From Myxococcota bacterium (GTDB lineage: Bacteria > Myxococcota > XYA12-FULL-58-9 > JALHOP01): a stretch of DNA of 64,000 nucleotides. Location of the stretch: the NCBI GenBank assembly GCA_041288095.1, contig JBGGMJ010000082.1:24873-88872 (forward strand), written 5' to 3'. The translations under genes were made by a program, and so were the position numbers. Every line of letters begins with the position of its first letter. Position 1 is the stretch's first letter. The notes beneath the pieces are model-generated. The model saw only the letters and a program-made list of their open reading frames with translations. It was not told the origin of the DNA and ran no database searches. Shown here in pieces: positions 18,485-28,206 of the stretch.

Positions 18485-18949
18485 ATGGAAACGTCCTCTC
18501 TCACGACCTCGACCGCGGTGGTGCCCGTTCAAGAGCCTTCGGTTCCGGCGCTTCCACCCAGAGAGCCCATGTTCACGCTCGCCAAGGCGCGCGATACGCT
18601 CGAACGGTACGATCTCGACGGCAGCCGTCCAGAGCACGGTGGTAACCGCACTTGGGCGACGGTCAACAACGGTGTGAGTGCGGCTTTGGCCGCGGGTCAC
18701 TGCTTCCCGGTGGTGTCGTGGTTCTGCGCTCCCGCTTCCATCACCTTCGGCGGCATCAAAGTGGTCGCCGGCTTGTTCAGCCTGCTCGGCGACGAGGGCG
18801 GTATCGCGCGCGGCCTGATGATCAGCGGCGCCAAGAGCATGGCCCTGGGCGCGTCGGTCTTCCTGCTGCCGGGCGTGAGCGAGGCCTTGAGCATCGCCGC
18901 GGCCGTCAAAGACGGCGCCGACGCGGTCAACGCCTCGGTCGACAAGTAG
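18485..18949 (+). CDS. Orphan hypothetical protein with Gly/Ala-rich hydrophobic C-terminal half
   Basis: Ser/Thr-rich N-terminus, no Sec signal and several hydrophobic segments. Confidence 0.65.
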   Translation: METSSLTTSTAVVPVQEPSVPALPPREPMFTLAKARDTLERYDLDGSRPEHGGNRTWATVNNGVSAALAAGHCFPVVSWFCAPASITFGGIKVVAGLFSLLGDEGGIARGLMISGAKSMALGASVFLLPGVSEALSIAAAVKDGADAVNASVDK

Positions 18950-18955
18950 GACTGC

Positions 18956-20917
18956 CTACTGGCCGGTCTTGCCGGCGAGCCATGCGTCCCGCCGCGCTAC
19001 CACCGTGGCATCGGCGTCGGGGATGACCTCGAGCTCGTAAGCCACATTGGGCTTGGCGGCGAGCTTCACCGGCAGGCGCATGATCTCTTCGCGGCGCGCC
19101 ACCAAGAGCTCGACATCGTCGCCGGCGTGATAACGCTTCAAGCGGCCTTCGAGATCGCCACCGCGGACGCGGAATTGATCGATGGCGATGAGCTCGTCGT
19201 CCGCGTTCAAGCCCGCGAGGAAAGCAGGCGAGTCGCGCAGCACGGTCTTCACGACGTTGCGCCCGTTGTCGGTCTTGAAGTCGGCGCCGAGCCAGCCGAG
19301 GTCCGAGCCCATCCACGGATCACCGCTCGCGACGCCCTCCCCTTTCTTGGGCGGGGTCGGTGCCTTGAAGCGTAAGCCCACCCAAGCAAGCACCGCGTCG
19401 TAGTCGAGCTCTTGCGTCGAGCTGACCGCGCGCCCGAGCCAGGTCGACATGTCCGTTCCGGCGGTCTCGCTGATGAGGGCGCGGAACTCGTCTTCGGTGT
19501 ACCCGCATTGGCCGGCGTACTTGGCGTAGGCGGCGCGCATGACGTCGTCGAGGCTCTTGGCGTTGTTGCTCGCCTTGCGGATCTCGAGGTCGAGGAGCCA
19601 CGCCACCACCGCGCCCTTGGTGTAGTAGCTGATCGTCGCGTTGTTCGAGTTTTCGTCGGGCCGGTAGAACTTGATCCAAGCGTCGAACGAGCTGGCGTCG
19701 AGCGGCTGCACCTTGCGGCCGGGGCCGTTCTGCAGGCGCTCGATGTTCTTGCTCATGTGCTTCAAGTACTCGTCGCGCGTCGTCAGGCCGGCGCGGTGCA
19801 CGAAGAGGTCGTCGTAGTACGAGGTCACGCCCTCGACGATCCACAAGCTCGGCGTGTGATTCTCGCGCTCGTAGTCGAACGGCCCGAGTGCGATGGGCCG
19901 CAGCCGCTTGATGTTCCAGGTGTGGAAGAACTCGTGCGCCACTACGGACAACCAGCTGGTGTAGTCCTCGCGGTCGCGGCTCGCCCAGCGGTTGCCCATG
20001 AGGACGGTGGAGCTGCCGTGCTCGAGGCCGCCGCCGCCCGTGTCGTTCAAGATGTTGATGAAGGCAAACTGCGCGTACGGCACCACGCCCCAGAAGGCGT
20101 GCTCGGTGGCGACAATCTTCTTCACGTCGGCGGCGTAGCGCTCGGCGTCCCAGACCGCGCCACCGCCTTGCGTGGCGATCAGATGGCGCTTGCCGGCTTC
20201 CTCGAACTCCTGAACCAAGAGGCTGCCGCCGCTGATGATGGGCGAGTCGACGAGCACGTCGAAGTTGGGCGCGCGGAAACGCAGCGAGCTGCCGTCGGGA
20301 TGCGGTGGCATGGCGGTCACGGTCTTCTTCCAGCCGCGATGCGGCACCACGCGCACGTCGTGCGGCCGGGGCTCGCCGCCGGCGATGGTCATGAAGGTCG
20401 CGGCGCCGTTCAACAAGGCGAAGTCGCGCTCGATCCAGTTGTTGCGCACGGTGAGCTCGTGGCCGTAGACGCGATAGCGGACAAGGACGATCTTGGCGCC
20501 GTTGGTGGTCACGCGCCAGCGGTTCTTGGCGGTTTTCACCATCGGTAGAACGGCACCGTCCGCGGTCGACGCCGCCGCGCCCTCGACGTTGCGCGCGTAT
20601 TCGCGAACCATGTACGAGCCCGGCGTCCACACCGGCAGCATGAGCTCCAAGGTGGCGGCACCGTCGGTGGGAAAATGCGCCGCGACGTCCACGTAGTGGG
20701 TCTCGGGGTCGTTGAACTGGACGATGTACTCGATGGGGTCGCGCTTGGCCGCCTCCGGCCTACCCGCGAGCGGGTCGTAGCACTTGGCGGCATCGATGGA
20801 CGGTACGCTGACGTTGCTGGGCGACGGGCCTTCGGCCATTGGAGTCTCCTCGGGCTGCTTGCCGCTCGGCGCACATGCGACGGCGCACAACGATACGATC
20901 ACGGCAAGGGAACGCAT
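18956..20917 (-). CDS. M61 glycyl aminopeptidase with PDZ domain, lipoprotein
   Basis: Lipobox AVAC and motifs PVWTPGSY, GGLEH, HEFFHTWN, EGVTSYY and SYYTKG, with a C-terminal PDZ. Confidence 0.93.
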   Translation of the reverse strand: MRSLAVIVSLCAVACAPSGKQPEETPMAEGPSPSNVSVPSIDAAKCYDPLAGRPEAAKRDPIEYIVQFNDPETHYVDVAAHFPTDGAATLELMLPVWTPGSYMVREYARNVEGAAASTADGAVLPMVKTAKNRWRVTTNGAKIVLVRYRVYGHELTVRNNWIERDFALLNGAATFMTIAGGEPRPHDVRVVPHRGWKKTVTAMPPHPDGSSLRFRAPNFDVLVDSPIISGGSLLVQEFEEAGKRHLIATQGGGAVWDAERYAADVKKIVATEHAFWGVVPYAQFAFINILNDTGGGGLEHGSSTVLMGNRWASRDREDYTSWLSVVAHEFFHTWNIKRLRPIALGPFDYERENHTPSLWIVEGVTSYYDDLFVHRAGLTTRDEYLKHMSKNIERLQNGPGRKVQPLDASSFDAWIKFYRPDENSNNATISYYTKGAVVAWLLDLEIRKASNNAKSLDDVMRAAYAKYAGQCGYTEDEFRALISETAGTDMSTWLGRAVSSTQELDYDAVLAWVGLRFKAPTPPKKGEGVASGDPWMGSDLGWLGADFKTDNGRNVVKTVLRDSPAFLAGLNADDELIAIDQFRVRGGDLEGRLKRYHAGDDVELLVARREEIMRLPVKLAAKPNVAYELEVIPDADATVVARRDAWLAGKTGQ

Positions 20918-20978
20918 GGCGCGGGTCTATAGCAACACCTTGCTGTCTTGATGAAGGCCAGCCTAGTGTCCCGCCCGC

Positions 20979-21551
20979 ATGATTCTCTCCGACCGCGATT
21001 TGAAGGCGCGTCTCGCCAAGGGTGATTTCGTCGTCAAACCGTTCGGCGACCCCGAGCTGCAAATCCAGCCGGCGAGCATCGACCTGCGCCTCGCCAGCGA
21101 TTTCATCACCTATCGCCTGCCGCACGTCCCGGTCCTCGACCCCAACGACAACGAGCTGCTCGCCAAGATCACCGAGACCCATCACGTCGCTGACGGCGAC
21201 GCGTTCATTCTCCACCCGGGCGAGTTCGCGCTGGGCTCGACCATCGAATGGGTGCGCATTCCCAACGACCTAGTGGCGCGCGTCGAGGGTCGCAGCAGCA
21301 TCGGCCGCCTCGCCATCGTGGTGCACGCCACCGCCGGCTTCATCGACCCGGGCTTCGAAGGCCAGATCACACTCGAGCTGTCGAATCTGGGTCGCGTGCC
21401 GGTGAAGCTGTATCCGGGCATGCGCATCAGCCAGATCGTGCTGCACACAATGACCAGCGCCGCCGAGCGTCCGTATGGACCGAAGCGCGGCAGCAAGTAT
21501 TTCGGCCAGACGGGCCCGGTCACGAGTCGCATCACCAACGACAAGCGCTAG
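20979..21551 (+). CDS. dcd: dCTP deaminase
   Basis: Motifs [25 protein letters not shown] and [18 protein letters not shown]. Confidence 0.95.
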   Translation: MILSDRDLKARLAKGDFVVKPFGDPELQIQPASIDLRLASDFITYRLPHVPVLDPNDNELLAKITETHHVADGDAFILHPGEFALGSTIEWVRIPNDLVARVEGRSSIGRLAIVVHATAGFIDPGFEGQITLELSNLGRVPVKLYPGMRISQIVLHTMTSAAERPYGPKRGSKYFGQTGPVTSRITNDKR

Positions 21552-22205
21552 ATGCGCGTCGCTTTCTTCGACCTCGATCGCACCTTGGTGCACGGCAACT
21601 CCGCGCGCCTCTGGGTGCGGCACGAGTGGCGGCGTGGCGCTCTGCGCAACCGCATATTCTTGAAGGGGCTCGCGTACCTCGCGGCGTACCGCATGGGCTA
21701 CGCCGACGTCGAAGATGCGCTGCGTCTCGGCATCACGACGCTCGCCGGTCAGCGCGAAAGCGAGCTGTCCGCGTTGGCGGTCAGCTTCTACGCGCGCGAG
21801 GTGAAGCCGCTCTTGCGTCGCGACGCGCGCAGCGCCATCGCGCGACATCGGGCCGCGGGTAACAAGCTGGTGCTCTTGACCTCGTCATCGCCCTACTTGT
21901 CCAGCGCCGTCACCAGTGATCTCGGTCTCGACGACTTCTTGTGCACGCGTTTCGAGGTCGACGGCGCCGGCTGCTTCACGGGCCGGGCCCTCGAGCCTGT
22001 CTGTTTTGGCGGAGGCAAGGTCCGGCTGGCGACGAGCTACGTCGAGAAGCAAGGCGTCCATCTCGCCGACTGCGCCTTCTACAGCGACTCGTTCTCGGAC
22101 CTACCGATGCTCGAAGCGGTCGGCGAGCCGGTCGTCGTGACACCGGACCCGCGGCTGCGCCGGCATGCGCGAGCGCGCGGCTGGCCGATCGTCACCTGGA
22201 CCTAG
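21552..22205 (+). CDS. HAD-IB family hydrolase
   Basis: Motifs FFDLDRTL, LTSS, GK and FYSDSFSDLPML. Confidence 0.9.
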   Translation: MRVAFFDLDRTLVHGNSARLWVRHEWRRGALRNRIFLKGLAYLAAYRMGYADVEDALRLGITTLAGQRESELSALAVSFYAREVKPLLRRDARSAIARHRAAGNKLVLLTSSSPYLSSAVTSDLGLDDFLCTRFEVDGAGCFTGRALEPVCFGGGKVRLATSYVEKQGVHLADCAFYSDSFSDLPMLEAVGEPVVVTPDPRLRRHARARGWPIVTWT

Positions 22206-22293
22206 TTGTAGGCCTGTTGCCCACACCCAGAAAGCTCGTTCCCACTTTCCGGGCGTGGCGCGACCAATGGAGTGAGTCGAGGAGGACCCACTC

Positions 22294-23442
22294 ATGAAAC
22301 GCCTATTTTCGCTGTTCTTGTTGATGATTTTCGCCGCTTGCGGAAACCACCCATCGCAGACGCCCAACGCCGGCGATCCGAACGACGAGCATACGCAGAA
22401 CCAGTTCGACACCTCGGAAGACCCCGCCGAAGCCAACGCTCCGAGCTGGCGCTACGCCCAACCCCCGCCCGGTACGCCACGCGACCTCAGCCGTGATGAG
22501 GACACGCGTGGCGACAGCCGGTCGAAGCTGGGCTCGAACCAGGCGCCACGCCCCGCGGAGCCCCGCATGGAAGAGCGCGCTCCGGCCCCGACTTCGTCGC
22601 CGTCCAGCGCGAACAAGAGCGCGCCCGCGAAGGACTACGCGAGCTCCGAAGGCGAGGCCGCGCGTGGTCGTGGCGCCGGTGGCGGTGGCGACAAGTCGGA
22701 CAGCGGCGCCGCCCCGATGGCCAAGCGCAGCCTGCCGCAACAGCAGGATGACCGTCCCGGCCTGGGCACGACCTGGGGCGAGACCCGCTACTCGGCGGTG
22801 AACGAGGTGCACTTCGAGCGCGACGGCGAGTCGCCGAGCTACACCGCGGTCATGCACTACAACGACCACCGTGGCGCCAGCGCCCTCGCCGGCTACTCGA
22901 CCTCCAGCCGTAGCGCCGCCATCGGGCTCGGCTCGGCGCTGACCATGTCGGTCCGCGACGAGTACGGCAACAACCTCTCGGCGGTCCGCGGTAACGGTCG
23001 CACCGTCGCCGTCGGCGAAAACGGCCAGCGCTACACCATCGTCGTCGACAACAATACCAACGAGCGTTTCGAGGTGGTCTTGAGCGTCGATGGTCTCGAC
23101 GTCCTCGATGGTCGCGAGGCCGCTTATGGCAAGCGCGGCTATCTCATCGAGCCTTACGGTCACCTCGAGGTCGAGGGCTTCCGCCAGAGCGACGACGCGG
23201 TCGCGGCCTTCCGCTTCGGCAGCGTGCGCGACTCGTATGCCGCCCGCACCGGCCAGGGCCGCAACGTCGGCGTCATCGGCGCCGCGGCCTTCGGTGAGCG
23301 TGGCTACCGCGCCCGCCTCCTCGCCTACCAGGAGCGCCTGAACGCCATCCGCTACCAGGGTGGCGAGGTCGAGCGCCGCCGCAACGCGGATCCCTTCCCG
23401 GGCCGCTACGCGACGCCGCCGCAATGGACGGTTGCTCGCTAA
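22294..23442 (+). CDS. Hypothetical lipoprotein (disordered N-half, globular C-terminal domain)
   Basis: GAGGAGG RBS, lipobox FAAC, and C-terminal motifs VVLSVDGLDVLDG, VAAFRF and NVGVIG. Confidence 0.8.
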   Translation: MKRLFSLFLLMIFAACGNHPSQTPNAGDPNDEHTQNQFDTSEDPAEANAPSWRYAQPPPGTPRDLSRDEDTRGDSRSKLGSNQAPRPAEPRMEERAPAPTSSPSSANKSAPAKDYASSEGEAARGRGAGGGGDKSDSGAAPMAKRSLPQQQDDRPGLGTTWGETRYSAVNEVHFERDGESPSYTAVMHYNDHRGASALAGYSTSSRSAAIGLGSALTMSVRDEYGNNLSAVRGNGRTVAVGENGQRYTIVVDNNTNERFEVVLSVDGLDVLDGREAAYGKRGYLIEPYGHLEVEGFRQSDDAVAAFRFGSVRDSYAARTGQGRNVGVIGAAAFGERGYRARLLAYQERLNAIRYQGGEVERRRNADPFPGRYATPPQWTVAR

Positions 23443-23484
23443 AACAGACGACTGCCGTGGAACACCACTCGAGGGGTTGTTCAC

Positions 23485-23781
23485 TCAGAGTAGAGTGAGC
23501 AGCTCCTCGAGTGCGTTTGGGTCGCCTTCGACGGTGACGGCGGCAAGGTGGTCGGCGCTGGGATTACCCGTCAGTACTTCGGTGAGCGCCTCCTCGGGAC
23601 CGGCGATGGTGACGTCCACCTGCCCGCGCTCGTCGACCGCCAGGCTTTGCACGCCACCGCGGACGAGACCCAAGCCGAGCTCGATCACCCACTGGCCCCG
23701 CGGCTCGCAGCGCACACCGATGACCGCGCCTCGGGGACCCCGCCGCCCAGCCAAGCGCTGGGCCAGCTCGTCCATGAGCAC
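23485..23781 (-). CDS. Small SCP2-like hypothetical protein
   Basis: The pattern W.I.L...V...DVTI...L..VL.G...V.VEGD resembles the SCP2 fold. The start is uncertain. Confidence 0.45.
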   Translation of the reverse strand: MLMDELAQRLAGRRGPRGAVIGVRCEPRGQWVIELGLGLVRGGVQSLAVDERGQVDVTIAGPEEALTEVLTGNPSADHLAAVTVEGDPNALEELLTLL

Positions 23782-23810
23782 CGGCAGCGTCAGTACGGTG
23801 CTCCCATGGT

Positions 23811-25004
23811 CTAGTTGACCAGCCGCGTCTCTTCCAGCAGCTGCATGGCGATATCGACCGCCTTCTTGGCCTTCTCGCGCACCTTGTCAGCGGTCTCGAC
23901 GCCCGACATCGCGCTCTTCTGCGCGTCGTTGAGCTGGCCAACCTCGGCCTTGAGACGGTCGCGCTCGCCGGCGACCTCTTTGAGCTTGTCGACGAGCTGA
24001 GCGATCTTGTCGGTCAGCTCGTTGCGCTCACCGCCGATGCTCTCGGCCTTCGCTTGCGTGTCGCGCATCTGAGCGCGCGCCGCTTCGGCATCGGCCTGCG
24101 CCTTCTGGGCGTCCTGCTGGTACTTGGCGATCTCGCGCTCGACCTGGGTGAGCTTCTTCTTGGATTCGAGCGCGTCACGGGCGCGAGCGCTCTCGGCGAG
24201 CAGGCGGTCGTTGAACGCGACCTCCTTTTCCTGGGCCTCTTGCTCGAGCTTCTGCACGCGGGCGCGAAGTTGCTTCACCTCGTTGCGCAGGCCGTTGAGC
24301 TCGGCGTCGCTCTGCGGATTGCTCTTGGCCACGCTCGTCGATGGCGCCGGGGACGTGGCCGCTGGAGCGGACTGGGCGCGGCTCGGCGCCGGCTCCGCGA
24401 TGGAGACACTGGCGCTGTCGGACGAAAACAGCTCTTTGGCCCGCTCGGTATCGCGCGACTTGGCGCCGCTGTCTTCGCCCTCGAAGCTGACGTCGAGAAA
24501 CTCCTCGTCATCGGCCGGCGCTGGAGCTGGAGCGGCGGCGCGGCGGGTCGCGGGCTGCGGCGCGTTGTTGGGAATCTCGACTTCGAGCTCGTCGATCGAG
24601 ACTTCGACCTCGTGCGCCGCGGAGCTGGCGGAGCCGAGCTTCACGTACTGGCCCACGGAGCTCATGATGAGGTCCATGGTGAACGGCTTCTTGATGTAGG
24701 CCTCGGCGCGGGTGCGCAGCTTCTTGTGCTGCTCGAAGGTCTCCTCGGTCGCCTGGCTCGAGGTGAGAATGAGCGGAATGGAAGCCATCCCCCCATCCTT
24801 CTTGAGCTTGTTGCAGACCGAATAGCCGCTGCCGCGCGTCAGCTCGACGCACAGGATGATGAGGTCGGGCTTGTTGGTGCGCACATACTCGAGGCCGTCG
24901 GTGCCGTCCGCGGTCACGTGGCTGTCGACGCCGCGGGCCGCCAGAGCGTCTCTCAGGGCCTGCGCGACCGCGGGCTCGCTGTCGATGATGAGAACGTTCG
25001 CCAT
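23811..25004 (-). CDS. FrzS-like pseudo-receiver plus coiled-coil protein
   Basis: Receiver with PDLIILCVEL (no phosphoacceptor Asp), GYSVCNKLKKD and FEQHKKLRTRAEAY, then an Ala/Pro linker and a long coiled coil. Confidence 0.75.
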   Translation of the reverse strand: MANVLIIDSEPAVAQALRDALAARGVDSHVTADGTDGLEYVRTNKPDLIILCVELTRGSGYSVCNKLKKDGGMASIPLILTSSQATEETFEQHKKLRTRAEAYIKKPFTMDLIMSSVGQYVKLGSASSAAHEVEVSIDELEVEIPNNAPQPATRRAAAPAPAPADDEEFLDVSFEGEDSGAKSRDTERAKELFSSDSASVSIAEPAPSRAQSAPAATSPAPSTSVAKSNPQSDAELNGLRNEVKQLRARVQKLEQEAQEKEVAFNDRLLAESARARDALESKKKLTQVEREIAKYQQDAQKAQADAEAARAQMRDTQAKAESIGGERNELTDKIAQLVDKLKEVAGERDRLKAEVGQLNDAQKSAMSGVETADKVREKAKKAVDIAMQLLEETRLVN

Positions 25005-25122
25005 GGCGCGATTATGTCGCCCAGCCGACACAGGGGCAAGGAAAGCCGCAGCCCTGTCGGCAGAAGTTGGCGCGGTAGGCTAATTTGCCCCGTCAGCGGA
25101 TCCTTGCTACCAAACTCGTTCG

Positions 25123-27372
25123 ATGCCCCTCGCCATCCATCGTCCGTATCCCGGCGTTGCGCTGGTCGTGACCGATGACGGCTCGGTCCTGTTGGGCGCA
25201 CCCGCGGACGCCTTCAAGGCAGTGAAGGCGTACTGCACCAAGCACACGATCCCGTTCCCCAGGATCTTGGTGGCTCCGCGACAGACGCTGGCGCATGCGA
25301 CGCCGCAGTTCGTGCCCGAGTTTTTCCTCTACGATTTTCTCTTCGTCTACGGCGCGGCCTTCAAGCCCGACCTCGCCAATGAACGCATGGTCCTGGTCGT
25401 CGACTCGCATCGCGAGAAAGGCGAGCGCGACGCTTTGCGCATGACCCTCCTGGGCCCCACGGCCGCGGAGCTCGAGAGCTATCGCGACAGCCAAGGTCGG
25501 CCGGCAATGAGCCAAGCCGACATGGACGTCCTCTCCGCCATCAGCGGACACATGGCGGTCAAGCGCGGCGGCGCGGTGATGCAAGTCGAGGACATGGTGC
25601 GCACCGTCACCTTCGCGGCCGACGGCAGCGCCAGCTTGTTCGACGGGCGCCTGAAGCTCACTCGCGACGCAGGCAGCGGCATCACGATCAAGGTCGGTGA
25701 CCAGCAAGAAGTCGTCGACCTGACCGTTCCAGCGGGCATCACGCCTTTCAACACCCTGCCCACTCCAGCGGCGCCCCTCTTGCCGTTACGCTTCGGCATT
25801 CAATCGCTCGGCGTCCGCAGCGGCTTCGACCTCACCGGGCCGACCACGGGCTTTCTCTTCTGGGTGAACGGCCGTGGCGTCCTCTTCGACGGGCCAGCGC
25901 GCACCCGGAGCCTGCTCGACAGCCAAGGCATCGCTTTCGCCGACATCGACGCGCTGATCCTCTCGCATTGCCACGAAGATCACATGAACAGCTTCGTGGA
26001 GCTGACCACCACGGGCCACCGGCCCCGCGTCTACACGACGGAAGCCATCTACCGAAGCGCCCTGATCAAGCTCGCCAACTACTTCGACAGCACGCCCGAC
26101 GAGGTCGCGAAGCTCGTCGACTACCACCGCGTCACCCCAGGCGAGCCCGTCGAGATTGCCGGCGCCACCTTCGACTTCTTCTACACCGTGCACCCGATCC
26201 CGACCCTCGGCGTCGACGTGGGCCTGCGTGACGAAGCCGGTCAGGCACATCGCATCGTCGTCAGCGGTGACACCATCCACCTCGACGGCCTCGCCAAGAT
26301 GAGCGAGGCCGGCGTGGTTCCGTCCGAGATGGCGGACCGATTGACCCGGCTGGTGCCCGACGAGAAGGTGCCGCGCAGCCTCTTCTTCACCGACGTCGGC
26401 GAAGCGCTCATCCACGGCCATCCGAAGGACTGGCAGAAGAGCGCCAACCACGTGGTCTACTACCACTGCCCCGACAACGAGCACACGCGCGGGTTCGGGC
26501 AGGAGATCGGTACGCCGGGCAAGGTCTACACCTTGATCGAGGGGCTGCCTGCCGCCGCTCTCGCTCCGCAACGGATCGTCGCCGCGCTCGGCGAGATGAC
26601 CTTCTTCGGGCCTGGGTTTTTGGCCGAAGGTTTGTTTCGCGGCAGACTGCGCGAAGTGCCGGCGGGCGGCGTGCTTGCCACCGCTGGTCAAGCTTCGGGC
26701 TTGCGCGACACGCTCACGGTGATCGTCGCGGGCACCGCGTCGTCGTTGGTGAGCGACGCCACCACCCCCGCCACGGGCCAGGCGCACGTGTTGCGGCCCG
26801 GCGACTTCTTCGGAGTCTTCGAGAGCATCGACAGCGGCGGCCGCGCCAACGCCACCATCACGGCGATCACTCCGATGGTCGTCATCGACCTCCCGGGCGA
26901 CCTCGTCGACAACGCTATCGCGGAGAGCGGCGCCGACGACAGCGTCGACCGCATGCGCACGGTCCGCCCGCTCCTCGACAGCGCGGCGCTGTTCTCGAGC
27001 CTGTCGATTCCGGACCGCTCGCTGCTCGCCAAGAGCGGCATCGAGGAGCGCTATCCGGCCGGCGAGATCATCATGCACCAGGGTCAGATGGCCGATGACT
27101 TCTTCGTCCTCGTGCAAGGGGACGTCGAGCTCAAGCGCGGCGAGCGTTTGGTCGCTCAAGTAGCGGCCGACTCACGCGACAACTTCTTCGGCGAGCAAAC
27201 CGCCGTCTACTCGAGCAAGGCGCGCGAGATCACCGCGCGGGCGCTGACTCCAGCCCGGGTCGTTCGCATCCCCGGGCGTGAGCTGCGCAAGATGTTCTTT
27301 ACGCGCAGCATGGCGCTGCATCAGACGCTGGCGCGGACGATGGATGAGCGCACGCGCCGGGCCGGCGCCTAA
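25123..27372 (+). CDS. MBL-fold hydrolase with two cNMP-binding domains (putative cyclic-nucleotide phosphodiesterase)
   Basis: Motifs SHCHEDH, HPIPT, SGDT and LIHG, then two cNMP-type domains (PGDFFG; FFGE...R). Confidence 0.75.
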   Translation: MPLAIHRPYPGVALVVTDDGSVLLGAPADAFKAVKAYCTKHTIPFPRILVAPRQTLAHATPQFVPEFFLYDFLFVYGAAFKPDLANERMVLVVDSHREKGERDALRMTLLGPTAAELESYRDSQGRPAMSQADMDVLSAISGHMAVKRGGAVMQVEDMVRTVTFAADGSASLFDGRLKLTRDAGSGITIKVGDQQEVVDLTVPAGITPFNTLPTPAAPLLPLRFGIQSLGVRSGFDLTGPTTGFLFWVNGRGVLFDGPARTRSLLDSQGIAFADIDALILSHCHEDHMNSFVELTTTGHRPRVYTTEAIYRSALIKLANYFDSTPDEVAKLVDYHRVTPGEPVEIAGATFDFFYTVHPIPTLGVDVGLRDEAGQAHRIVVSGDTIHLDGLAKMSEAGVVPSEMADRLTRLVPDEKVPRSLFFTDVGEALIHGHPKDWQKSANHVVYYHCPDNEHTRGFGQEIGTPGKVYTLIEGLPAAALAPQRIVAALGEMTFFGPGFLAEGLFRGRLREVPAGGVLATAGQASGLRDTLTVIVAGTASSLVSDATTPATGQAHVLRPGDFFGVFESIDSGGRANATITAITPMVVIDLPGDLVDNAIAESGADDSVDRMRTVRPLLDSAALFSSLSIPDRSLLAKSGIEERYPAGEIIMHQGQMADDFFVLVQGDVELKRGERLVAQVAADSRDNFFGEQTAVYSSKAREITARALTPARVVRIPGRELRKMFFTRSMALHQTLARTMDERTRRAGA

Positions 27373-27420
27373 TTTACCGCGCCGCGGGGGCGGCGCGAAG
27401 GTCCCTCCGCGTGCCGGCGG

Positions 27421-28203
27421 CTACCGCATGTTCGCGGTGAGCACCGTCGACAGCTCGCGCTCCGGTAGGTCACTGACCACCGAATAAACCAACCCCTGCG
27501 AGTACCACTGCGCCGTCGTGTAGCCGCGCACTTGGCGGATGAGGACGCGCCGATCGCCGATCTGGTAGCCCGGGATCACCTCGGAGAAGCGTGGATGCGC
27601 ATCGGGGTACACGAACACGGACATGCGGCCGCCCGGCAGGTCGTAGCGGACATAGGCGGCTTCGCGGTTGGAGAGGTCGATGACGCGGCCGCCGAGCTCG
27701 ACCGAGATGGGTTGGTTGCGGACGATGTCGGGGACGTGGACCGCGAACGGCAGCTTGCCGTGGAAGTACTGCTCGACCTTCACCAGATCGCCCGCGATGA
27801 CGTCCATCGGCAGGTTGCGGGCGTGGCGGACGGCGGCTTCTTCGAGGTCTTGAGCTTCGGCGTTGCCGGTCGTGCCCTGCCAGATGAACGACGCCAAAAT
27901 GGCGGCGGCGGAGACTGCGGGCCATGTGCGTTGCCAGGCGAGGTGGCGGCGCCTCTCGCGAGCGCAGGCCTGGCCCACCTTGTTACGCAAGCTATCGGGA
28001 CACTCGTCGACCTCGCCAGCGCGGCGCACCGCGAGCCGTAGCTGGCCTTCGCGCTGCAAGTCTGTCCGGCATTGCGGACAGCCGTAGAGGTGATGCTCAA
28101 CTTCGGACGCTTGTTGGCTATCGAGCTCCTCATCGAGGAGCCACGGGATCGCCCGTTTCACTTCGTCGCACGTCATCATGCGATTGTCCGACGCAGAGCT
28201 CAT
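27421..28203 (-). CDS. Zinc-finger (zf-HC2) membrane anti-sigma factor
   Basis: C..V...LD.EL, HLYGCPQC (HxxxCxxC) and one TM segment, directly downstream of an ECF sigma. Confidence 0.88.
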   Translation of the reverse strand: MSSASDNRMMTCDEVKRAIPWLLDEELDSQQASEVEHHLYGCPQCRTDLQREGQLRLAVRRAGEVDECPDSLRNKVGQACARERRRHLAWQRTWPAVSAAAILASFIWQGTTGNAEAQDLEEAAVRHARNLPMDVIAGDLVKVEQYFHGKLPFAVHVPDIVRNQPISVELGGRVIDLSNREAAYVRYDLPGGRMSVFVYPDAHPRFSEVIPGYQIGDRRVLIRQVRGYTTAQWYSQGLVYSVVSDLPERELSTVLTANMR

Positions 28204-28206
28204 CGC

